A stretch of 63,489 nucleotides of DNA, filler included, from Anaerolineae bacterium (GTDB lineage: Bacteria; Chloroflexota; Anaerolineae; Epilineales; Epilineaceae), in assembly GCA_029262755.1 (NCBI GenBank). It is 3 parts of 3 records of this genome, joined end to end, with 100 filler letters (N's around TTAATTAATTAA, not from the genome) between each part and the next. Parts side by side here need not be neighbours in the genome. Positions count along the whole stretch, not along the records: positions 29,419 to 59,802 come from JAJCYU010000383.1; positions 59,903 to 63,489 come from JAJCYU010000392.1; 1 more part is not named here. One strand, 5' to 3'. The translations under genes and the position numbers were made by a program. Positions within the stretch are counted from its first letter, which is position 1; every line of letters starts with the position of its first letter. Under the pieces are notes generated by a model. It searched no databases, had not been told where the DNA came from, and saw only the letters and a program-made list of their open reading frames with translations. Below are positions 56,347 through 63,489 of the stretch, piece after piece.

Positions 56347-58868
56347 TGGAATGCCCACGGGCGGCCAGGGTCGCGCTGCGGCTGCTATCGGTGCTGGTCG
56401 TGCTGCCGTCGCTCGCGGCCGGCTGCGGGGATGATCGCGCCGGGCCCGGCGATTCGGACATGGACCCGCAAGCGAATGTTCGCGTTGCGATCGAAGGGGA
56501 CGGGTCCGGGACGGGCGAGGACGCCTGCCGTGCGGCCCTAGATCGCGAAGAACCATGGCCGGACGGAATGCCCACCTTCGCTTCGGGCCTGGGGGGCTGG
56601 CGCCTGGACACCGCGATGGGCGGCTTGGCGACCAGTGAGGGCGGCGCTTGCGTCTACGTCGGCCTCGGGGATCGGCTCGCGGTTGTGGCCTTGGACGAAG
56701 AAGGGCTGGCGCACGGACTGACGCACGTTGCGGTGCCCACCGCCGGCGATCAACCCGGCAAAGCCATTCGGCACCTCGTGCGTGCGAGGGGCCATCTCTA
56801 CGCGATCGTCGGCGCACCGGAAAGCGGCACGGCTTCCGGCGGAGGCGGCACACCCATGCTGCACGTCGTGCCCTTCTCGCTCGCCGATCCGTCCGACCCG
56901 CGCCCGACCGGTCACGTGCTCCCCTTGCGCGCGGAGCTCTCCCACATCGCCATGGCCGATCCGCAGTGGCTCTACGTAGGGCTTGCCGACGAGCTGGCGC
57001 TGATCGATCTGGAGGATCCGGCGCGCCCCACGTGGGCGGGCAGCGTGTCCAAAGACGTCGAGCGGCCCAGCGTTTTGGTGCCCTCGGCGATGCCCGGCGT
57101 CGTATACAGCACGGTGAACGCCAAGGTCACCGTCGTGGACGCACGCGACCCGGTGGCGCCGACGGTGCGGGTCGTGTACGAGCCTACGGGCGGCGTGGAC
57201 GCGCTCGCACGCCACGGCGAGCACCTCTATGGCGCCGGCTGCTTCATCGAGCGCAGCTTCTTCGCGCTCGACGTCTCCGACCCGCTGTCGCCCGCGGCCG
57301 TCATGTCATCGTCATCGTCGGGGGCCGAGCCTCCCAGCTGCTACGGAATCCGTCTGGCGGTCGCAGGCGACCAGCTGCTCATGTCGGGCGAGCTGTCCAA
57401 CGGGGATCACGGCTCGCTGCAGCTACTCGACCTCTCCAGCCCGAGGGAACCGCGCGAGACGGCCCGCGCAGCAGCCCCTGGTGAGACATTGCTGGCCATG
57501 CAGAGCGATGCCGACCGCGTGCTTTGGCTCGACACCAGCACCGGCTTGTCGAGCACGAGGCTCGACGTGGGCGCGCTCACGCCGCCGCGCCCTGCGCTCG
57601 TCGCGCCGACACGCGTGAGTGCGCTGGCGTTGGTCGTGCGCGGGGAGGGCGGGGAGGGAGGTGGGATCGTCGGCGGTGGAGGGGGGCCGGCCGGGGGAGG
57701 AGAAGAGGGCCAAGAAGACTCCAGCTCGGACGAAGACCCGGCGAAACAGGGCGCGACCCCGGGCTCGCCGACCGAGCGCGTCGACCCCCGTCCGTACTCC
57801 GACCGGCGGTGGGTGGTCGCGGGAGCGGACGGTCTGTGGACCTGGCGAGACGACGCGTCCGCCGGGGCGCCGTCGCCTGCCCGCGCATGGCGGCGCCTCG
57901 CGTGGCCTGCGATCGACGTGATGGTGCCTCCGGCCCGCACGGTCGATGGATACGCACTCGACGCGATGATGCCTCTCTCGCTCACTGGCGATGGCTACGT
58001 GTCGCCGGCGCATCCGCTGCCGCGCGACGTGCTCGTGGTTGGGGATCACGCCTACGTGGCGGCCGGCGAGGCCGGGACGCACGTGGTTGCGCTGGGATCG
58101 GCGGAGCGTCCTGCGGCACATCCAACCCTGGTCAATACCTTGCCTCCGCTCGGGGCGGCGATGGGGCTGCGACGACGCGGCGATCTGCTCTACGCCGTGA
58201 ACGAGGGCGGTCTGCAGGTGATCGATATCCTCGATCCCGCGCGCCCCATCCTCCGGTGGCAAGACGAAGACACGCGCAGCGGTGGCGAGCACCTGCTGCT
58301 GCTCGGGCCGTGGGCGGTTGTGCTCGGCGCGCGCAGAAGCGACTTCGCGCCCGACGGTAGCGTTCACCTGCGTGAGGCGCATGCGACCGTCTACGACTTG
58401 GCCGACCCCGAGCGCCCTGTTCGGATTCGACGGGAGCTCTTGCTCCACGACCCGTTGGCAACCGCGAATTGGGGCGGCCGGCCCGTCGTGATGCTCGACC
58501 ACGATCTGGGCGGCAGACGCAGGAACGAGTTTCTCGCCACCGTATTGCGCACCTATGCGATCACCGCCGACGGCGGCTGGGAGCTGCTGCACGAAAGCAT
58601 CCCCGCCCGCCCCAAGGGCGACGATGCGCCCGCGTCGCGTCGCCCGATCGGCCTGATCGGTTCGCGCCCAGGGCTGCTCCTGCTCTTCGCGGACGCAGGC
58701 GCCTTCCTGCTCGAGAGCCCGCATGCGGCGGACCCACCTCGCTCCCTGGCCGGCACGCGCGCGGGCGCCGCGGGCTCGTGGCACCGCGCGCTCTGGCTGT
58801 CGGGGGAGGGCGAGGTGGCCTTGCTCGGCGAGGAGCGGACGGCGGTGCTCTCGCGGGAGGGGTGGTAG
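56346..58868 (+). CDS. Lipoprotein with LVIVD repeats
   Basis: Lipobox LAAGC; LIDLEDPARP, VDARDPVAP, LDVSDPLSP, GGLQVIDILDPARP; TGATG overlap with the upstream gene; no xxLP tail. Confidence 0.75.
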   Translation: MECPRAARVALRLLSVLVVLPSLAAGCGDDRAGPGDSDMDPQANVRVAIEGDGSGTGEDACRAALDREEPWPDGMPTFASGLGGWRLDTAMGGLATSEGGACVYVGLGDRLAVVALDEEGLAHGLTHVAVPTAGDQPGKAIRHLVRARGHLYAIVGAPESGTASGGGGTPMLHVVPFSLADPSDPRPTGHVLPLRAELSHIAMADPQWLYVGLADELALIDLEDPARPTWAGSVSKDVERPSVLVPSAMPGVVYSTVNAKVTVVDARDPVAPTVRVVYEPTGGVDALARHGEHLYGAGCFIERSFFALDVSDPLSPAAVMSSSSSGAEPPSCYGIRLAVAGDQLLMSGELSNGDHGSLQLLDLSSPREPRETARAAAPGETLLAMQSDADRVLWLDTSTGLSSTRLDVGALTPPRPALVAPTRVSALALVVRGEGGEGGGIVGGGGGPAGGGEEGQEDSSSDEDPAKQGATPGSPTERVDPRPYSDRRWVVAGADGLWTWRDDASAGAPSPARAWRRLAWPAIDVMVPPARTVDGYALDAMMPLSLTGDGYVSPAHPLPRDVLVVGDHAYVAAGEAGTHVVALGSAERPAAHPTLVNTLPPLGAAMGLRRRGDLLYAVNEGGLQVIDILDPARPILRWQDEDTRSGGEHLLLLGPWAVVLGARRSDFAPDGSVHLREAHATVYDLADPERPVRIRRELLLHDPLATANWGGRPVVMLDHDLGGRRRNEFLATVLRTYAITADGGWELLHESIPARPKGDDAPASRRPIGLIGSRPGLLLLFADAGAFLLESPHAADPPRSLAGTRAGAAGSWHRALWLSGEGEVALLGEERTAVLSREGW

Positions 58869-59095
58869 GGTCCGCGGTCGTAGTGCACGGCCTGGGCAGG
58901 AGGGAGCCGATACGTCTTCCGGAACGCGGTACGTCCGCGCATCCGAGAGGCAGCCGCGATCTCAGCGAGCCGTGTGCGCTCGGAGCGCGATCCGCATCTC
59001 CGCACCACGCATAAGATGTGGACTGCGCGTCGCAGCGGGGGCGCACGTGGGACACCGTGGCTCGCGTGCGCCCCCATATTGGCGACGATGGACCA

Positions 59096-59802
59096 TCACT
59101 CCTGGTCCGCGAGCCTCCATGTCCGACGTGAGCCTTCGCCGCCCGACAGCAGGAGGCTGCCGTCTGAGAGACGCAGGATCGGGCCGGTAGCCGCGCGCCA
59201 GTTCCCGTGAGGACGTGGGCTGCTCGGATCTTCAAGCGTCAGGGCCATGGTGCCTAGCTCGCTACGGACCCAGAGTTCTGCGGCTCGGTCGTCCTTTGCC
59301 GGCAGCAGGAGGACCTGGCGCGGTAGCACGGGCTCGTCGAGCGCGAACGATGTCTTGCGAGCCAAGACGCCTCGCGCGACGGGGCGATCGACATCGGATG
59401 TGATTGCCGGACCGTAGAGATCGATACGTCCGCCGCAGCGACGGTTCGACGCACCGCGTTCCGGCGGCGCGCAGTCGAAGGTCATGCCGACCGCCAGCTG
59501 CCCGCCAGCGGCCGAAAGCGACGTGATAGGCTGGCGCAGCGGCGGCGGCGCGATCTCCGCGAACCGGGTGCCGCCGCTGGGATCGCCGGCCTCCATGTCG
59601 AAGATGCGGAGGCTCTGCGGCATGCTCCCTTCCTCGCCGCGAAGGCCGATGTACGCGATGCCGTCGTCGACCGCGAGGTCGGCGATCCCAGCGGAATCGA
59701 GAGACCCCAAGTCGTGCGAATCGATCCTCTCGGGCGCGTCCGGGTTGCCGAGATCGATGCGGAGGAGCCGAAGACCGGCCGTTTCGTAATCGGAGGCCGC
59801 CA
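59096..59802 (-). CDS. LVIVD-like repeat protein, C-terminal fragment (5' end lost at the contig edge)
   Basis: Open frame runs to the gap; LLRIDLGNPDAP, IADLAVDDGIAYIG, LTLEDPSSPRP. Confidence 0.55.
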
Positions 59803-59902
59803 NNNNNNNNNNNNNNNNNNNNNNNNNNNNNNNNNNNNNNNNNNNNTTAATTAATTAANNNNNNNNNNNNNNNNNNNNNNNNNNNNNNNNNNNNNNNNNN
59901 NN
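59803..59902. other. Artificial contig linker
   Basis: N44-TTAATTAATTAA-N44, identical to the first linker. Confidence 0.97.
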
Positions 59903-61077
59903 CCGAGACTCATCAAGTTCGCCGACATCCCAAACATCTGCATCAACACGAACGTCACGAGTGCAGCAAACGGCAACGTCACTGCTACAACCAGCGCAGC
60001 GCGAAGATTTCCGAGGAACAAAAGCAGCAGGATGACAACAAGCACGGTCGCCTCAAGGAGCGCTTTCGTTACCGTGCCAACCGCGCGCTGGATGAGATCT
60101 GACCGGTCGTAGAAGACCTCTAGAGTGACGCCCTTCGGCAACCCCGGTTGGAGTTCGGCGAGGCGAACGCGGACAGCCTCGACGATTGCGCTGGCATCGG
60201 CGCCGCGGAGCGACAGGACAAGCCCTTGTACCGCTTCGCCCTTGCCGTCCTTTGTCACTGCTCCGTAACGGGTCAGGCTGCCGATGTGAACGGAAGCGAC
60301 GTCGCGCAACCGCAGCACACGGCCGCTGAAATTCTTGACGACGATCTGCTCAAGATCGGCGGGCCTGGTGATGGCGCCTTCCGCGCGCACCACCAAGGCC
60401 TTTTCGCCTTCACTCAGCCGTCCCGAACCGTCGTTGCGATTAGCGGCCTCGATTGCGGTAATCAGGTGGGAGACGCCGAGGCCGGCTGCCGCCAGGGCCG
60501 CGCTGTCAGGCACGACCTCAAAGGTGCGCACCAACCCTCCCAGCGCATTGACGTCAGCCACGCCGGGAATCGTGCGAAGAGCCGGCCGGATCGTCCAATC
60601 GAGTAGGCTGCGGCGCTCTTCGAGTGAAAGCCCGCCTCCCTCCACGGTAAACATGAAGACATCCGATAACGGTGTCGAAACGGGCGCCAGACCACCGGTG
60701 ACGCTTGCCGGAAGATCGCCACGCACACCCGCAAGGCGTTCTGCGACCTGCTGGCGCGCCCAGTAGATGTCGGTGCCGTCCTCGAAGTCGAGCGTGATAT
60801 CGGCAACCGCATACTTGGCCATCGACCTCAGGATCGTCTGGCGCGGAATTCCTAAAAGCTCCATCTCGATAGGAGCGATCACGCGCGTCTCCACCTCCTC
60901 CGGCGTCATTCCCGGCGCCTTCATGATCATCTTGACCTGGACAGGCGCGATGTTCGGGAATGCGTCGATCGAGATCGTGCGGAAAGCATAACCGCCGGCA
61001 CCGGCAATGAGTAGCGAGGCAAGCAGCATGAAGACCCGCTGGGTCAGCGAGAACTCGATCAATCCGCGTAGCATCAT
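59903..61077 (-). CDS. CusA/CzcA-family heavy-metal RND efflux permease (3' truncated)
   Basis: IDAFP.I..VQV, PGMTPEEVETRV..PIE, F.DGTDIYWARQQV.ERL, YDRS.LI, SANLMSL. Confidence 0.93.
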
Positions 61078-62120
61078 GGTGCTCCTTCGAGGATGAATTC
61101 GAGCTGCGGCAGGCCGCTCGCCGCGACCATTTCACCGGCCACCAGATCTCCCGTGACCGTTGCCATCGACGGTGACCGTCCGCGAACGGTTACGGTCGCC
61201 AGCCTGAAACCCTCGGGCTGGCGCACGAACACGGCGTGACGTTCGTTGATCCAGCTGACGGCGGACGACGGGACTTCGAGGCTCCCCGTGACGGCGGGGC
61301 GCAGGACGCTGATGGTGACCATCTGACCAGGAAGCAGGCCGGTGTCGGCAGGCAGGGAGGCAAACATCGTGGCTGAGCGTGTCATCTTGTCGAGACTGCC
61401 ACCAATCGATACGACGACGCCTTCGGGCCCGTCGATGACTTGGACTTTATCGCCGACCTGGATCTTGCGGACGAGATCCGCCGACACCTGGGCCTCGACC
61501 CAGATCTGTTCGCTCGAATCGAATGTGACGACAGGACCCATGGGCTGCACTGCGTCGCCCGGCATTGCTGTCACTTCGTCGACGCGCCCGTCGGTGGAGG
61601 CGACGATGGTATAAAGGCCGTTTTCACCACGTTTGATGCCGGCCAACGCGACCGTGTTCCGGTTCTGGTTGATCACAGCCTGGATCTTGGCAACCTGGGC
61701 TTCGGCCTCGTCAGCCATTGTCGGGCTATAGATCTTCTTGTTGGCCAGCGTGCGCCTGCGTTCGGCGATCGCCTTGGCACCCTGCAATTCGGCTTCCGAC
61801 TGAGCCAGCTGACTGAGCGTTTCAAGAAGTTCGCGGCTCGCAAGGGTCGTCAACGGGTCACCCTTCTTGATATATTGACCAGGTAGGACGTGAGCCTGGA
61901 CCACCGTGCCGGAGAACGGAGCCGTCGCCGCGATGTGAGCATTCATCGCCGGCACCACGGTGGCCGGCATCAGCGCGATCGCTTCCGTCGTGGCCGGACG
62001 GGTCTGCGCGATCTTGATCTCCATGCGCTCGATCTGCTTTGAGCTGACTCCGATATCCTTGGCCTGGGCAGCAAGCGCCTGCAAAAGAATTACGGCTGCT
62101 AGAAGCAATCGGTACGACAT
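61074..62120 (-). CDS. RND efflux periplasmic adaptor (CzcB-like membrane fusion protein)
   Basis: Signal peptide; APFSGTV......PGQ.IKKGDPL lipoyl-like half; alpha-hairpin; L.PGQMV; ATGA overlap with the RND gene. Confidence 0.88.
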   Translation of the reverse strand: MSYRLLLAAVILLQALAAQAKDIGVSSKQIERMEIKIAQTRPATTEAIALMPATVVPAMNAHIAATAPFSGTVVQAHVLPGQYIKKGDPLTTLASRELLETLSQLAQSEAELQGAKAIAERRRTLANKKIYSPTMADEAEAQVAKIQAVINQNRNTVALAGIKRGENGLYTIVASTDGRVDEVTAMPGDAVQPMGPVVTFDSSEQIWVEAQVSADLVRKIQVGDKVQVIDGPEGVVVSIGGSLDKMTRSATMFASLPADTGLLPGQMVTISVLRPAVTGSLEVPSSAVSWINERHAVFVRQPEGFRLATVTVRGRSPSMATVTGDLVAGEMVAASGLPQLEFILEGAP

Positions 62121-62176
62121 GACAAATCCTCCGACGGCGGTATTCGAACCGCGACTGGAGAGGCAATGACATCCGA

Positions 62177-62242
62177 ACCTGAAACCGACCTGAATTCCAC
62201 CTGCGCCAATTTGGCAAGCCATATTCAGCTTGGTTTCAGCTT
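62177..62242. promoter_or_regulatory. Two oppositely oriented sets of 11-bp-phased direct repeats (OmpR/PhoB-type operators)
   Basis: ACCTGAA at 62177 and 62188, ACCTG at 62199; TTCAGCTT at 62224 and 62235. They lie between the divergent efflux and regulator operons. Confidence 0.65.
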
Positions 62243-62362
62243 GCGAGCGTATTGCGGCACAAGCATCTAAGGGCGTCGGCTGAGCGCAAACGCCAGAACG
62301 CCGCCTGAGAAGATCGCCGCCCGACGACGAAACGCCACGAGGCCATGCTGGAAGGACAGCCA

Positions 62363-63025
62363 ATGCGCATTCTGCTGGTCGAGGACGATCAGGATATCGC
62401 TGAACGGCTGAGAACCGGGCTGGAGGCGCTCGGCTTCGCGGTCGAACACGCCACCGATGGCGCCGACGGCTATCTGATGGGCAAGGAGGAGAATTACGAC
62501 GCCGCAATCCTCGATCTCGGACTGCCTAAGATGCAGGGTCTCGACGTGCTGCGGCGTTGGCGCGCGGAGGGGTCGAACCTGCCGGTGCTGGTGTTGACCG
62601 CGCGCGGCATGTGGTCGGAGAAGGTCGAAGGCCTCAACGCCGGCGCCGACGACTACATCACCAAGCCATTCCATATTCCCGAGGTCGACGCCCGGCTGAA
62701 AGCACTCATCCGTCGCAATTCCGGATTAGCCGCCCCCGTTGTCACCCATGGTAACGTTTCGCTCGACACGGCTAGCGGTCGCGTGACGCTCAATGGCGAA
62801 CCCATCGATGTCACCGCAAGGGAATTGCGCATGCTCAATTACTTCATGCACCGGATCGGCCGGATCATCTCCCAGGCCGAACTCACCGAACATCTCTACG
62901 CCCTCGATGACAGCCGCGAATCCAACACCATCGAGGTCTACGTCAGCCGGCTGCGACGCAAGCTTGGCGCGGACATCATCACGACCGTGCGCGGCCTCGG
63001 CTACAGAATGGATGAGCGCCGATGA
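62363..63025 (+). CDS. OmpR-family response regulator
   Basis: MRILLVEDD, ILDLGLP, LTAR, GADDYITKPF, SNTIEVYVSRLRRKL, TVRGLGY. Confidence 0.95.
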   Translation: MRILLVEDDQDIAERLRTGLEALGFAVEHATDGADGYLMGKEENYDAAILDLGLPKMQGLDVLRRWRAEGSNLPVLVLTARGMWSEKVEGLNAGADDYITKPFHIPEVDARLKALIRRNSGLAAPVVTHGNVSLDTASGRVTLNGEPIDVTARELRMLNYFMHRIGRIISQAELTEHLYALDDSRESNTIEVYVSRLRRKLGADIITTVRGLGYRMDERR

Positions 63026-63489
63026 ACAGCCTGAAGAACCGGCTGATTGCCGCGGCCGTATTGTGGATCGCCGTCGGGATGGTGACGGCGGGTTTTGTGC
63101 TGTCGGCGATTTTCCGTGAGCACGTCACAACGCAGTTTTACGAGGAGCTTTACGTTCATCTCGACGAACTGCAGCGCCTCGTCCATGTCGACGGCGATAC
63201 AGCCAAAATGGATCGTCAGCTCAGCGACCCCCGCTACGATGTGTCCCGCTCCGGGTTCTACTGGGAAATCCAAAAGGACGGTCGCGTCCTCGCGCGCTCG
63301 ACGTCGCTGCAAGGCGCCATGCTCAAAACGCCGCTCGATACCATCACCGATGTCGGTGTTCATACCCACGAGATCGATGGCCCGACGGGACACCTGCTCA
63401 TCGCCGAGCGCGCCGATTGGAAATCACCCGACGACAGGCCAGCGCGCTACATCATTGGCACCGACAGGCGGCATCTCGAATCCGTCCTG
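63022..63489 (+). CDS. Sensor histidine kinase, N-terminal part (runs off the window)
   Basis: ATGA overlap with the regulator; MNSLKNRLI..A.LW TM helix, DPRY....SGFYWEI periplasmic motif. The kinase core is not in the window. Confidence 0.8.
   Translation, partial: MNSLKNRLIAAAVLWIAVGMVTAGFVLSAIFREHVTTQFYEELYVHLDELQRLVHVDGDTAKMDRQLSDPRYDVSRSGFYWEIQKDGRVLARSTSLQGAMLKTPLDTITDVGVHTHEIDGPTGHLLIAERADWKSPDDRPARYIIGTDRRHLESVL

Noticed and set aside
49555..56853. Long minus-strand ORFs 49555..51378 and 54283..56853
   Set aside because: Antisense shadows of the serine protease and GCS2-CBS genes.

Overview
The window is three contigs joined by artificial N44-TTAATTAATTAA-N44 linkers (29319-29418 and 59803-59902). 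Contigs 1 and 2 are GC-rich and look like a Chloroflexota bacterium (inferred from GAAC-N4-GTTC LexA-type boxes, a GT-C/DUF2142-type glycosyltransferase and YLP-type C-terminal tails). Contig 1 holds an ALDH7-type dehydrogenase, an overlapping ileS(type 2)-leuS pair, a cysteine-free family-4 UDG, an orphan anti-sigma factor, pyk, the replication origin and dnaA, a GldA/F/G-DUF4340 ABC cassette, an osmoprotectant ABC transporter and several secreted proteins. Contig 2 holds LVIVD-repeat surface proteins, a dead IS66, a large Ig-like repeat protein, an IS1182-type remnant split by a 135-bp MITE, an aminopeptidase, a GT-C glycosyltransferase, two methyltransferases, a serine protease, a YeeE/YedE pair, an MFS transporter and a GCS2-CBS fusion. 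Contig 3 (czcA/czcB-like efflux plus a two-component system) looks proteobacterial and may be a bin contaminant. The main findings are: (1) an oriC with a Bacillus-like DnaA-box/GC/DnaA-trio module, followed by pyk instead of dnaN; (2) two near-perfect LexA boxes bracketing dnaA, one in its putative promoter and one in the origin; (3) six exported proteins of four unrelated architectures sharing a short C-terminal R-x-x-L-P-x-x-x-R tail that the lipoproteins lack, a candidate surface-sorting signal.
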